Assembly (NCBI GenBank): GCA_965238275.1
Contig: OZ250186.1
Location: 640,001-704,000 of the forward strand
Reading direction: 5' to 3'
Source of the DNA: Nitrosopumilus sp.
Lineage (GTDB): Archaea; Thermoproteota; Nitrososphaeria; Nitrososphaerales; Nitrosopumilaceae
DNA length: 64,000 nt
Shown here: in pieces, positions 36,465 through 47,328 of the stretch
Layout: every line of letters begins with the position of its first letter
Position numbering within the stretch: the stretch's first letter is position 1
Translations under genes and position numbers: made by a program
Notes under the pieces: model-generated
Told to the model about the DNA's origin: nothing
Database searches by the model: none
The model's input: the letters and a program-made list of their open reading frames with translations, nothing else

Positions 36465-37820
36465 CTACCCTTTTGAGTATCTGGCGCAGTTCCTGACAAA
36501 CGTCTCTGCGTAATCCGAGCTGTCAAAATACAGATGCCCGTATGAGGCAAGCGTGTCATACTCAATCATGCCGTCCCTGCTGCCGTCAATTCCCCTGCCG
36601 ACATCCATCTTGTATGCAAATCTGGAATCCTGTGAGACTGAGCCTATGCGGGAGTAGTGAAACTCGTGCCCGCGAAAGATGCTCGGTTCTGAAGATACGG
36701 GGGTGCCGGCAGCCATGTTCCCTCTGGTGTAGCCAAGTGTCATCTGTCCTGTCATCTCCGTCTCTGCATCAAATATGCCGACCATCCTGTGTCTTTTGCC
36801 ACCTGACGTGATCTGTCTTGTAAGATACATCAGTCCCCCGCATTCGGCATAGATTGGAAGGCCGTCCTCTGAAAGACGTTTGATGGTCTCCTGCATGGGA
36901 CGGTTCCCTGCAAGCCTGTCTCCAAGAACCTCTGGAAACCCGCCTCCGATGTAGAGCCCGTTGCAGTCAGGCGGCCCGGCATCTGTGACTGGACTGAAGA
37001 ACTCCAGCGATGCGCCGCAGCGCCGCAGCGCCTCTAGGTTGTCCTGATAGTAAAAGTTGAACGACGCGTCAAGGGCCACTGCTATCTTGGTCTTGGGCTC
37101 CTCGTATGCCGCCCTTGCCATGTCTGGCAGGGGGGCAGCACCATGTGCAATCTGTGCCATCCTGTCAATATCTAGGTGCTGTGACATGGTCTGCGCCACT
37201 TTGCTGATCTTGGCGTACAGGGCATCCCTGTCCAGCGTGGAGACAAGCCCCAGATGACGGGATTCCATTTCCAGCTCCGGATCCCTTGGAATGGTTCCAA
37301 GCACTGGAATGCCTGTCTCTTCCAATGCCGTTCTGCATGCCTGCCCGTGCCTGTCACTGCCAACCCTGTTGAGAATTACTCCTGCGATCCTAGACTCCTT
37401 GTGAAACACCTTAAAACCTGTGGCAGTTGCTGCAATGGAGCGGGCCGTCTTGGATGCATCCAGGATCAGAACCACCGGGGATCTGGTTATGGATGCTGCA
37501 TGATGGGTGCTTGCATAGTTTGAGTCCCCCCCAAAGCCGTCATAGTAGCCCATTACACCCTCGACTACGGATACATCCGATGCAGAGTTGCAGATGAAGC
37601 TCTCCAGCAGACGATCCTCGCCCATCAACCAGGCATCAAGGTTGCATGCGTCCTGCCCTGAGATGCTTGAGAGGTAGCCTGGGTCGATATAGTCGGGGCC
37701 CACCTTGAATGGCCTGACCGAGTAGCCCTTCCTCTGGAGCGCATAAATTATTGAGCATGTGACTGACGTCTTTCCGACCCCGCTGCTTGTGCCTGCCAGG
37801 ACGATTCTGGGAATTTTCAA
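36465..37820 (-). CDS. cbiA: Cobyrinate a,c-diamide synthase
   Basis: SGVGKT, KVGPDYIDP, EGVMGYYDG, AECGGLMYL, GHEFHYS. Confidence 0.95.
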   Translation of the reverse strand: MKIPRIVLAGTSSGVGKTSVTCSIIYALQRKGYSVRPFKVGPDYIDPGYLSSISGQDACNLDAWLMGEDRLLESFICNSASDVSVVEGVMGYYDGFGGDSNYASTHHAASITRSPVVLILDASKTARSIAATATGFKVFHKESRIAGVILNRVGSDRHGQACRTALEETGIPVLGTIPRDPELEMESRHLGLVSTLDRDALYAKISKVAQTMSQHLDIDRMAQIAHGAAPLPDMARAAYEEPKTKIAVALDASFNFYYQDNLEALRRCGASLEFFSPVTDAGPPDCNGLYIGGGFPEVLGDRLAGNRPMQETIKRLSEDGLPIYAECGGLMYLTRQITSGGKRHRMVGIFDAETEMTGQMTLGYTRGNMAAGTPVSSEPSIFRGHEFHYSRIGSVSQDSRFAYKMDVGRGIDGSRDGMIEYDTLASYGHLYFDSSDYAETFVRNCARYSKG

Positions 37821-38175
37821 TCCGTGTGACTAGGTTCGTTTTTTATTTAAACCACATGAATGGCATCTCCCGCTTTTGCACAAATCCTCAAGATCATGGC
37901 ATGCTATGGGACAGGCGTTCCCTCGTTTGGATGCTGGTCATTCCCTGTCAGCAGTACATACAGATGATACAGAACCTGCACCAACGCCCATCAGAAATGT
38001 CTGCAGATACGGCATGGTGCCAGAAAAAAGATCATCCATACTGCAACAACGCAGGAATGATGCAGACGACTGGGCATATGGCAGATTCCCCCAACACCTG
38101 CATTCTGGATGGAACCATGGATGATGCAGCCCTGAATTCCCAATCTTTTTAGCAAGACCCATCAAGGGTGATATC

Positions 38176-38709
38176 ATGGAACCAAACGGCATAACCATAG
38201 TATACACCGGAAAGGGCAAGGGAAAGACAACTGCGGCACTGGGAATAGTGTTGCGGGCATCCGGATATGGAAAAAAAACCTGCATGATCCAGTTCATTAA
38301 GGGATCTTGGCATTATGGCGAGATCGATTCTGCCAAGAGGCTCAAGCCGGAGTTTGAGATGATCCGGGCAGGCAGCGGGTTTGTCGGTATTATAGATGAC
38401 AAGAGCCCCCGGGAGGTTCACGAGATGACTGCAAGACATGCAGTCCGGACCAGCAGGGAGAAGATCCAGTCTGGGGAATACGACATTGTCATACTTGATG
38501 AGATAAACTATGCCGTGAACCTCGGACTGGTCAGCCTTGAGGACGTTCTGGAATTAATCAGCACAAAGCCTGCACGGCTTGATCTGATACTGACGGGGAA
38601 TTATGCCCGGGACGAGGTTCTGGAGGTTGCGGATCTGGTTACCGAGATGAGGGAGATAAAGCATCCGTTTCAGCGCGGCATAAAGGCAAAAAAGGGAATC
38701 GATTTTTAA
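38176..38709 (+). CDS. cobO: Cob(I)yrinate a,c-diamide adenosyltransferase
   Basis: YTGKGKGKTTAALG, QFIKG, ILDEI, KHPF. Confidence 0.95.
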   Translation: MEPNGITIVYTGKGKGKTTAALGIVLRASGYGKKTCMIQFIKGSWHYGEIDSAKRLKPEFEMIRAGSGFVGIIDDKSPREVHEMTARHAVRTSREKIQSGEYDIVILDEINYAVNLGLVSLEDVLELISTKPARLDLILTGNYARDEVLEVADLVTEMREIKHPFQRGIKAKKGIDF

Positions 38710-39106
38710 CGGGAGCCGCGTGATCCTCGGAAATCACATATGGGACTGCTGCCAATCCCATGCGGTTTGTCCTGTATGGGTGCGAAACCCGCTAGAGTGT
38801 CCTGATGCCTGCACCTGATGACTGCCCCGGTAGCGAATCCCAAAGAATTCTGCATAAAACAACGAATCAAACAACTGACAATGCAGCCATACCCGACAAC
38901 GTCACCATCAGACTGCAGCGCATAATCCTGAATAAAAGAGGATTAAATCTAGAGTGAGTTGATCACGTCTTCGAATCCGGAGCTTGGTTTTTCGATGAGG
39001 CTTGGCCTGTGGTCTTCAATCAGCCTGTCCACCATATCCCTCGTTTTGATGTAATATTTCTTCTTCAGGTCTACAAACCTAATTTCAACCAGCTTGTCAG
39101 AAACCA

Positions 39107-40458
39107 ACTCTGTTTCCTAATTACGCTCGACACAGATACTCGTCTGTGCAATTCTGCCTACGTCGTCGTCTTGCCCCCTTCCCTTGCAGTCCTTGGGCCG
39201 GGCTTGTAGGCTTGCACGATCCTTGGCGTGCCGTACCCGTTGTCGATTGCAGTATCGATCATCTGGTTGTACAGCTGCACCTTTCCGTATATCTCGGCCT
39301 TGACGTTCTCCCACTTGCGCGCGCTTATGCACTCGCCCAACACCCGCTTGAACGTGGAAAATACAATCTCGACTGACCACCGGTCGTTGTACCCTGACTC
39401 CCTGCGCCACGCCTTCTGGAATTCCCTCTTTTGTTCGCGCGTGAGGCCTGCAAACTTGCGTTCTGCCGTCTTGTCCATGCAGTCCAGGTCCCCCAGCTGC
39501 CTGAATCCTGCCTCCTTGCGGGGCATGCACCCGTTCGCCTTTCCGGCAAAGTCGATGCGGACGGGAATCAGCGGCTCGATTCCCTGCTCGTCGCAGTACC
39601 TGCGGATCTTCTGGGTGTCGTACGCGCCGTCGGCTGCCGCCTTGGTGCCTGCAGAAGTGTCTGAGTTTGGTGATTTTTTTGCATTTGCAAGGGCCTGCCC
39701 CACCAGTTCCTCAAACTGCGGAGAGTCCCCGCACTTGTCGTCGGTTATGGCCACGGCGTAGATCTTTTTGGTTTTGGCATCCACCCCGACGTGCAGCTTT
39801 ATGAAGCCCCGCCTGGTCCCCCACTTTTCTGTCATCCAGTCGCCGCGGTTTGTGGGCTTGAGTCCAGTGGAGTCGAAGGCAAACAGCTTGATCTCGGCCC
39901 GGGTGCCGCCGTCTGAGAACCACGCAGAAGCCGTGCCGCTACCATCATCATTGTCTGCAACAGTGCAGCCAAGCTTGGTCATCCTCTTCTGGAACGCCGA
40001 GTACGTGGGCGCGTTTTCCTTGCCGACTATCGTCTCTGCCAGACCCTGGAGCTGCCTGTACCTTATGCCGGTGGCGTTTTTGAACAGGGATGCTGCTGCA
40101 AAGCACGCGTTTGAAAATACGTACGGGCGGCCTACCTTCCCGCAGTTTAGCTTCTCGACTCCCTGAGTCAGGATCTCCGGGCTTATCTGGAGCGTCCACA
40201 ACTGGCCGCGGTCTATGTACCTGCGGTCATCGTACTGGAACCGGCGTTCTTTGGATTTGAAAGATTTTTTAGCCTCATGCGTGCCCGTTTTGTCTGGAGA
40301 GGATGTGTTTTCAGTCATGGCGATAACCTGACTGTCTGCACACCTCTCTGATCAATACGGTTTTCTATTGAAGATGTTTGATATTATGTTCAAATTCAAC
40401 TGATCTGGCCTAATTCTGAACCTGTTGGGTGTGACTGGCGATAATTAGGAAACAGAGT
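39107..40458 (-). mobile_element. IS5-family element
   Basis: Perfect TIR ACTCTGTTTCCTAATTA; flanking direct repeat TCAGAAACCA (8-10 bp depending on end assignment). Confidence 0.92.
39158..40318 (-). CDS. IS5 family transposase
   Basis: FDSTGLK, FIKLHVGVD, ADGAYD, YNDRWSVEIVFSTFK. Confidence 0.93.
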   Translation of the reverse strand: MTENTSSPDKTGTHEAKKSFKSKERRFQYDDRRYIDRGQLWTLQISPEILTQGVEKLNCGKVGRPYVFSNACFAAASLFKNATGIRYRQLQGLAETIVGKENAPTYSAFQKRMTKLGCTVADNDDGSGTASAWFSDGGTRAEIKLFAFDSTGLKPTNRGDWMTEKWGTRRGFIKLHVGVDAKTKKIYAVAITDDKCGDSPQFEELVGQALANAKKSPNSDTSAGTKAAADGAYDTQKIRRYCDEQGIEPLIPVRIDFAGKANGCMPRKEAGFRQLGDLDCMDKTAERKFAGLTREQKREFQKAWRRESGYNDRWSVEIVFSTFKRVLGECISARKWENVKAEIYGKVQLYNQMIDTAIDNGYGTPRIVQAYKPGPRTAREGGKTTT

Positions 40459-40803
40459 TCAGAAACCATCTGGGATAAATATACCGAAACCGTTGATGGT
40501 GATTTTCCAACAGCACCTACAATCTCCTTGAACCCCAACCCGCTGTTTTCTATTAATGCAAGCAGTATGTCCCGCGGAGTCTGTCTCCTTAATGTCCTGA
40601 TTACTCTGGACTCCTCTTCTGAAATCTGCGGCGGATAGAATCCTGTCCGTCTCGTGGTCCTCATGACCTTGACTACGCCGTTTTTTTCGAATTTTTTAAG
40701 ATAATGACTCAAAACTCCGTTTTTCAACCCGGACATCCTCATAATTTCCCTGAACTGAATTCCGGGATTGTTCTGGATAATCTCCATCAGCAGTAAATTC
40801 CTG

Positions 40804-41196
40804 TCAGTCATTTCTGAACACCCCCACTGCCAGCAGTCCCAGCGTACCAAATACCAACAGATGTCCTATCTCGCCTAGGGGCACATCTCCCAGATCATAA
40901 CTGTAGGGCCATGTTGCATCAACCAGCAAAACAACCTCTGCCCCAATAAAACATGCAAAGGCAATCGCACCTAGCATCAGCCTTTTTGTTTTTACCTTGC
41001 AGTATGCCAGACAGGCCAAGGCTGTAATGAACACTGCAAGAACCAATCCCCCAACGTGCAAAAGTATGTGGGCTATGTGGAATCCGTGCAAGAGATGGGG
41101 AATAATCACCGGCAGGGCCAGTACTGCAACAACTGCGGCAACTATGACTGAAAACAGTGTTGATTTCCTTTCAAATATGACCTGTGGTCTAAACAC
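40804..41196 (-). CDS. Four-TM membrane protein upstream of the regulator
   Basis: Hydrophobic ORF with His residues; overlaps the regulator start by 8 bp. Confidence 0.75.
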   Translation of the reverse strand: MFRPQVIFERKSTLFSVIVAAVVAVLALPVIIPHLLHGFHIAHILLHVGGLVLAVFITALACLAYCKVKTKRLMLGAIAFACFIGAEVVLLVDATWPYSYDLGDVPLGEIGHLLVFGTLGLLAVGVFRND

Positions 41197-41876
41197 AGCA
41201 AGAATCTAAATTTTTTATATTTAAATAAACTGGTTCAATTTTCGAACATGATTCATGATCTGTTCTGCGCCATAATCATTCAACTTGATCCTTCAAAATG
41301 TAATTGTTTTGTGACACAGGCCGTACAAACCCGCATCTGCCATCCGTTCAGGTGCCTGCCTGTGATTCCCTCCGACTGATGTCTCCGCATATACGGGGGT
41401 TTGCCCATCTCAGATCCTTTTTTGGTTTGTTGATCCCATGATATTTTATAGCATGTCCTGCACAGGATCTCCATATTCCTGCATCGTTTGTTCTGTCATT
41501 GGCAAGCGGAATCTTGTGATTTGCTGAAAGATCATCTTTCTTGTCGCACGTTTTACATCTGCATCAGCTGCCTTGGTATTGCCGTAAAGGAAGGCTCTCT
41601 TGCCATAACTTCTTATTATTTCTCTAACACCTGTGTGTTCTCCTGACATCTAATCATCCTGACACATGCAGGCTGGTAGGGACACCCTGGCATATCCCAC
41701 ACCCTAGCAAAAAGATCGCACCTGATATGGCCAGGCAGGCAATTTCAGTGCATGCAGGCAGCATAATGCAATACTGCATGGATTCCCGGTTACACCGCCT
41801 GTTCTGGACATGTCTGGTACGCAGGCTGAAATCCGGCTAGCAACATTAATTTACACACGGTGGATCTCTAGAAGAA

Positions 41877-42674
41877 ATGCCTGCCGAAACCCATGAACTT
41901 CCGGAACAAGGCGAGATAGTGCTTGCCACCGTTACCCGGGTGATGGACCACGGCGCATACGTAACGCTTGACGAATATGACGAGATTCAGGGATTCCTGC
42001 ACATCTCGGAGATCGCACCAGGATGGATCAGGGCCATAAACAGGTTTGTCCGGGACGGGGACAAGAAGGTGCTGCTTGTAAAGAAGGTCAATCCAAAACG
42101 GGGCGACATTGACCTGTCCCTAAAGCAGGTATCAAACGACCAGAGAAAGCAGAAGCTCAAGGAGGTCAAGAAGTTTGAGAAGGGAAGGACGCTGCTCCAG
42201 AATGTGCAGGAGAAGGCAGGTCTGACAGATGCCCAGGTTGAAAGTCTGGAGGACAAGATATACTCAAAGTTTGACTCTGTGTATGACGCATTTGTAAGGA
42301 TTGGAAGGAATGGGATAGGGGCAGTCAGCGATCTGGACATTACCGAGAGAACCGCAGGCGTCATAGGGGAGATCGCATCCAAGATGAAGCTGCCCTCAGT
42401 CGAGATCAGGGGCATCATGGAGATTACCAGCGAGAGACCCGACGGGGTGGAGATTATAAAAAAGACGCTGCTGGATGTACTGGGACGGGATCCTACCATC
42501 CGCATTACCTACCTGGGAGCCCCCAAGTACCGGCTCTCGATAGTCTCAGAGGACTTCAAATCCGCTGAAAAGTCCTTAAAACCGATAATAAACGAGATCC
42601 AGACCGGGATAACCAAAAAGAAGGGCATGTTCAAGTTTACCCGGGAAGAGTCAAAAAAGACGAGGGAGAACTAG
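41877..42674 (+). CDS. eif2a: Translation initiation factor 2 alpha
   Basis: S1 domain LPEQGEIV...LHISEI...IDLSLK; YLGAPKYR. Confidence 0.95.
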   Translation: MPAETHELPEQGEIVLATVTRVMDHGAYVTLDEYDEIQGFLHISEIAPGWIRAINRFVRDGDKKVLLVKKVNPKRGDIDLSLKQVSNDQRKQKLKEVKKFEKGRTLLQNVQEKAGLTDAQVESLEDKIYSKFDSVYDAFVRIGRNGIGAVSDLDITERTAGVIGEIASKMKLPSVEIRGIMEITSERPDGVEIIKKTLLDVLGRDPTIRITYLGAPKYRLSIVSEDFKSAEKSLKPIINEIQTGITKKKGMFKFTREESKKTREN

Positions 42675-42830
42675 ATGCGCTTCCAGATGAGGCGGTGTTC
42701 TGCATGCAACCGGTACACCCTGAAGGCAAGATGCCAGGAGTGCGACTCTGAGACTGTCTCTGTGCACCCGGCCAGGTTCTCGCCTGATGACAAATACATG
42801 CGATACAGGCTGCCTGAAAGATACGGCTAG
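42675..42830 (+). CDS. nop10: H/ACA RNP protein Nop10 (absent from the ORF track)
   Basis: [23 protein letters not shown]...[15 protein letters not shown]; conserved position after aIF2 alpha. Confidence 0.93.
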   Translation: MRFQMRRCSACNRYTLKARCQECDSETVSVHPARFSPDDKYMRYRLPERYG

Positions 42831-44962
42831 GGGCTCTGCCCGTACTCGTCATTGACCTCGTATACGAATACCCCGATCACCGCAGTACCCCGTTTGTCTA
42901 CAAAACTCTGGGAGGCATAGGCCAGTCTGAGCGGGCCGTCCCCGTCGGCAGGATACTTTATGTTCTCGGCATAAATTGGAATCATTCCGTTTACAAACAC
43001 CGGCGACTGCTGCGCAGGATTGTTCGGGTTGATATACACTACGGGAGTAAACGGGAACATGTCTCCAAGGATGGTCTCGTTCCAGAAGTGATCCGTGCCG
43101 CTTACGCCGTCTGCATGCAGGTACTTGGAGAGGTCCTGGCCTGCTATCCGTATAAACCAGTGTCTCTTTGAATCATCGCCCCCGTAATTCAGGGTGTACA
43201 GCGGCTCTCCGGTGTCCGAGGGCAGCCTCTGCGCTGCCACAAAGACAAGTACATAGTCTGCCCCCATCTCCTGCAGGGCATTCCATGCCTGGTCAGGCGT
43301 ACTCAGAAACATCTTGGCGATGTTTTCAATCACGACAGTGCTTATGGTAGCGTTGTCAGCTATACTTGCCCTCTCCCCCACCGTGGATATCCAGTATCCG
43401 TAGTCCCACCATGACGCAATTACGGCATCCTCCGGCGTATTGGCTCTTATCCATTCCAGCGCACCCAGCCAGTCATTGGTGGCAATTGGAAAGTATGACG
43501 CACCATTGAGGATTGGGGGCGGCTGGCTCGTGGCTGCAAACACCTGTGAATCCCCCCCCGCATACACCATGGGAATTGTCAGAAGGATTATGATTCCTGC
43601 CACATACGGCAGCCTTATGCGGTTCCCCATGGGGCTCTCAATGTTCGGTCTCTTCCTGAAGAACTCCCTTGTCAGGACGGACAGCCCGATGGCGGCCAGG
43701 GCGATCACTCCCACGCCTGCAAAGACCTCCAGTCTGACAAAGGCGGAGCTGATGTATACTCCTGCCATCCCAAGTATCAGTACGAATGCCAGCATGTCGT
43801 GCCTGATCGGTACCGGATTTCCCGAACCGATATTCTTGAGTATGAGCCAGACTCCGGTGCCGGCAAATATCATCAGAACCGAATGAAACACAAACGACTG
43901 GGTGATTGTGGTGGTTGCATGTTCTGAGACCGAATCCACCAGGGGTTCTGTCGTGGTCAGGAACGGGTTGATGGCGTTGAGGTACCTGAAGGACGGGTTT
44001 GGTATAATCTCTACCTCTGCATTCACCGCCAGCAGGCCTGCCCCGACTATGACAAAGGCGGCCAGCAACAGCAGGCCGTTTCTGGTCTTGTGCCTGCCGC
44101 TTCTGGACTGGAGCATGATGCAGGAGACCAGGAATATAGTTGGAACAATCAGCGCGATTCCCTCCATGGAGACAGGAGACAGTCCCCGCGCGAATCCGAC
44201 TGAGGCCAGAAACGAGACGGCAGTGTATACCGGGATGGCCCATACAAGAAACCTGTGGTTGCTGCGCACAAACGGCAGTATTAGGATAAAGACCCCCACA
44301 GGTATTATGAAGAACTGGTTTCCGCCCCATGCTGACATGGCAAACGCCGTGAATATACCGCCTCCTACAATTCTGGCCATGCCCTCCATCCTGTTTCCTG
44401 CGCCTATTCCGCTTAGGAGGAGATAGATTCCTAATATGCCATAGAACAGTCCCAGGGGTTCGGACTTGAACCATCCCAGAGGACCCCTGACTATTATGGG
44501 CAGTGATACAGAGTAGAGTATGGCAGCAAAGAGCCCCGCAGTCGTTCCGCCTATGACCCTGACCAGGGCAAACAAAACCACCGCAGTCAGCGAGCCGATG
44601 ACTGCAGGAAAGACTATCGTAAAGTCGTAAAGGCTGGATCCTCCGCCAAACGCCTGGTAAGTTGCAGCCGCCGTCAGGTGGAGCATAACTTGGGACGTGT
44701 CTGATATGTCCCTGCCTGTGGGATGCCAGCTCAGATCATCGTGCCACTCGTAGTATTGGACGATTCCATTCTCTACCATGTACTGTGTGGCCCGGTAGTT
44801 GTAGAAGGGATCAAACTCGTTGAGCTCAAAGCCAAACTCTGCAGGCTGGGAACGAATAAGCATCGACATAGTAAATGACAGGGCAAGGACGCCGATTATC
44901 AGAAGATGGCTGTACCTTAGGTTAAAAGAGCCGACGGATATGAGAGATGGATTTGCTTTCAA
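42827..44962 (-). CDS. aglB: Oligosaccharyltransferase STT3/AglB
   Basis: [20 protein letters not shown]. Confidence 0.93.
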   Translation of the reverse strand: MKANPSLISVGSFNLRYSHLLIIGVLALSFTMSMLIRSQPAEFGFELNEFDPFYNYRATQYMVENGIVQYYEWHDDLSWHPTGRDISDTSQVMLHLTAAATYQAFGGGSSLYDFTIVFPAVIGSLTAVVLFALVRVIGGTTAGLFAAILYSVSLPIIVRGPLGWFKSEPLGLFYGILGIYLLLSGIGAGNRMEGMARIVGGGIFTAFAMSAWGGNQFFIIPVGVFILILPFVRSNHRFLVWAIPVYTAVSFLASVGFARGLSPVSMEGIALIVPTIFLVSCIMLQSRSGRHKTRNGLLLLAAFVIVGAGLLAVNAEVEIIPNPSFRYLNAINPFLTTTEPLVDSVSEHATTTITQSFVFHSVLMIFAGTGVWLILKNIGSGNPVPIRHDMLAFVLILGMAGVYISSAFVRLEVFAGVGVIALAAIGLSVLTREFFRKRPNIESPMGNRIRLPYVAGIIILLTIPMVYAGGDSQVFAATSQPPPILNGASYFPIATNDWLGALEWIRANTPEDAVIASWWDYGYWISTVGERASIADNATISTVVIENIAKMFLSTPDQAWNALQEMGADYVLVFVAAQRLPSDTGEPLYTLNYGGDDSKRHWFIRIAGQDLSKYLHADGVSGTDHFWNETILGDMFPFTPVVYINPNNPAQQSPVFVNGMIPIYAENIKYPADGDGPLRLAYASQSFVDKRGTAVIGVFVYEVNDEYGQSP

Positions 44963-44999
44963 TTACACTCTTTCTTACCCTTTGCATATTATTCTTTAC

Positions 45000-45458
45000 C
45001 TATCCTGGTGAGTATCTTCCTTCCAGTCTGGCCTCTGCAAGAATGTGACCGCGCATTGCATCCTCGATCTTGGCCTTGGTGGAGTCCTTCCCGCACTCCA
45101 GCATGGAATCCAGCGCATACAGTTTGAAGACATATGTGTGCTCCCTGTCCGGAGGGGCCGGACCGCCATACCCCGTGTTACCAAAGTCCGTCATGCCCTG
45201 AAGGCACCCGGGCGGGACAGAGTCCTCCCCAATTCCGGTGGTGGCAGGATCAATATTCCACACAACCCAGTGCACCCAGACCTTTCCTACTGCACCCATG
45301 GCATCCGGGTCGTCCATTATCAGCGCAAGGGATGCCGTTCCTGCTGGGATCTGACTTATCTCCAGCGGAGGGCTGTGGTTTCCATTCTTGTACCCGTATC
45401 TTCTTGGAATGACGCTGCCGTTCTCAAAGGCGGCACTTCTTATGGCAAGGTTTCCCAT
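45000..45458 (-). CDS. YbhB/YbcL (PEBP/RKIP-like) protein
   Basis: MDDPDA, WVHW, YGGPAPP, HTYVFKLYALD. Confidence 0.92.
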   Translation of the reverse strand: MGNLAIRSAAFENGSVIPRRYGYKNGNHSPPLEISQIPAGTASLALIMDDPDAMGAVGKVWVHWVVWNIDPATTGIGEDSVPPGCLQGMTDFGNTGYGGPAPPDREHTYVFKLYALDSMLECGKDSTKAKIEDAMRGHILAEARLEGRYSPG

Positions 45459-45492
45459 GAATGGATTTGTAAAGGCTCAAAGTTAAATTTTT

Positions 45493-45861
45493 CTAAGATT
45501 CCAGTATTATCATATTCCTTGAGAAGGACATTACCGTGCCTCCGCGCTCCTTTATCCCTCTCTTCAGACCCGCGTCCATCGTGGCAACAATTCCCCCGTG
45601 CCCTGAGACATACCTTAGAAGCTCCCTGTCGGCAAACGCACCCGTGATGGGAACCATCTTGAGATTCTTGGCATACTCTAGAGTTTCCAGAGCGTCCCTA
45701 CTCTTTGATGGATCCTCTGCCAGCCTGGACAGCTCAGTCTTTACCACATGGGGAACGACAAACGTTATTTCCCCTATCTCCACATCAAGCCTGTCGATGT
45801 TCTTGATACGCCGGGTTGCAAGATGAATCAAAAAGCTTGTATCACAGATGACCTCAACCAA
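45493..45861 (-). CDS. PIN-domain protein (Fcf1/Utp24-like)
   Basis: ICDTSFL, VKTEL, ADRELL, VATMD; typical position after aIF2 gamma. Confidence 0.88.
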   Translation of the reverse strand: MVEVICDTSFLIHLATRRIKNIDRLDVEIGEITFVVPHVVKTELSRLAEDPSKSRDALETLEYAKNLKMVPITGAFADRELLRYVSGHGGIVATMDAGLKRGIKERGGTVMSFSRNMIILES

Positions 45862-47116
45862 CTATTCCTGCACCAATCAGTCTCCATCTCTCGGCAATCC
45901 TTCTGCTGATAGCCACATACCCGCCCTCAAAGATGCAGGCAGGCCTTCCCAGTTCGACTTCAATGCTGTCTGAGACCATCTTGGAGACCTTGCCTAGTAC
46001 GGGAGCGGTTCCTATGTTCAGTCGGAGCATCTCGCCGGACTGTATGGGCTGCACCTTGACATCCTGCGTGGTTCCCACGGCTGAGTCAAACAGGTTTACA
46101 TCAAGCTTTAGCGTTGTGGAGTTATCCGGAATGGTGCCCGGCCTCCCAATGACTGAGCCGATAAAGGAGTCGCTTCTGGTCATGGACGGATCCAGTTTTG
46201 TCCCTATGGCGACTAGGCCGCCTGGCTTTACCGAATTGACGATTCCTGCTGCGGTTCCAAGCGATGTAATCTCAGTTGTCAGTGGTCGGTATGATTTTTT
46301 CTTCTCACTCATGATGCCGGGTTTTATCTCGATCTCGTCGCCCACGTTAAAGACTCCCTGGGTCAGGCTTCCGCCTACAACCCCACCCTTGATGTTCTTG
46401 AGTTTGGTACTGGGTCTGTTGACATCAAACGAGCGCAACACATGCATGACTGCATCCTTCTTCTCGTCCCTTGCAGGCGTCTTTATGGTGGACTCTATGC
46501 AACCGATCAGCGCATCAATGTTCAGTCCCGACTGAGCCGAGATTGGAACCACAGGTGCCCCTGCCGCATGTGTCCCCTCTACAAACTTTGAGATGTCACG
46601 ATAATTGTCAAGCGCCTCCTGGTATGAGAGCAGGTCCACCTTGTTTTGCACCATTACAATCTGCCGTATGTTAAGAGTCTGAAGTGCCAAAAGATGCTCC
46701 TTTGTCTGCGGTTTTGGAACCTTCTCGTTTGCTGCAACCAGTAGCAGCGCACCATCCATCAATGCAGAGCCGGACAGCATGTTTGCCATCAGGCTCTCGT
46801 GTCCGGGACTATCTACAAAACTCACCACCCTGGACAGCTGGCTCTCTCCTCCGCAGTTGTTGCACTTTGGGACAGTCGAGTATCCCAAGGGTTCCTCACA
46901 GCTGCTGCACTTGTAGAATGCCGCATCAGAATAGCCTACGCGGATAGTGATTCCGCGCTTGAGTTCTTGGCTGTGGACGCTGGTCCAGGAGCCTGTAAGT
47001 GCCTGGATGAGGGTCGTTTTTCCATGATCCACATGGCCTGCGGTTCCGATGTTTACGCATGGTTGATACCCGTATTTTTCAATGTACCATTCTGGCAGTG
47101 TCTCTCTCCAGTGCAT
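45854..47116 (-). CDS. eif2g: Translation initiation factor 2 gamma
   Basis: GHVDHGKTT, RGITIRVGY, DSPGHE, QNKVD, WRLIG. Confidence 0.96.
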   Translation of the reverse strand: MHWRETLPEWYIEKYGYQPCVNIGTAGHVDHGKTTLIQALTGSWTSVHSQELKRGITIRVGYSDAAFYKCSSCEEPLGYSTVPKCNNCGGESQLSRVVSFVDSPGHESLMANMLSGSALMDGALLLVAANEKVPKPQTKEHLLALQTLNIRQIVMVQNKVDLLSYQEALDNYRDISKFVEGTHAAGAPVVPISAQSGLNIDALIGCIESTIKTPARDEKKDAVMHVLRSFDVNRPSTKLKNIKGGVVGGSLTQGVFNVGDEIEIKPGIMSEKKKSYRPLTTEITSLGTAAGIVNSVKPGGLVAIGTKLDPSMTRSDSFIGSVIGRPGTIPDNSTTLKLDVNLFDSAVGTTQDVKVQPIQSGEMLRLNIGTAPVLGKVSKMVSDSIEVELGRPACIFEGGYVAISRRIAERWRLIGAGIVG

Positions 47117-47328
47117 AAAATAAGGTCTTCAGCCGGTATATGTTAAGTTATTCCTTTCAAGCGGTTCCTCTATTGTACCGAAATTAGGTCGTCCTAATTT
47201 TAGACGTACTGCAAAGGAATACTTTGTCCTTTATCGGTCAAGAAAACCGTTGATAAAACGCCTGACTGCAAAGACAATCAGATACGCAGTCACACAGTGC
47301 AGGAAAGGCCAAAAGACGTCCCAGATTG

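Larger units (their letters stand above)
38949..40811 (-). pseudogene. Double winged-helix transcriptional regulator split by IS5
   Basis: 5' part MTDRNLLLMEIIQNNPGIQFREI...STVSVYLSQMVS; frame resumes after the IS as DKLVEIRFVDLKKKYYI...INSL* (stop 38949-51). Confidence 0.88.

Noticed and set aside
31300-38176. Cobalamin riboswitch upstream of cbi genes
   Set aside because: No B12-box or conserved core recognisable in the intergenic regions.
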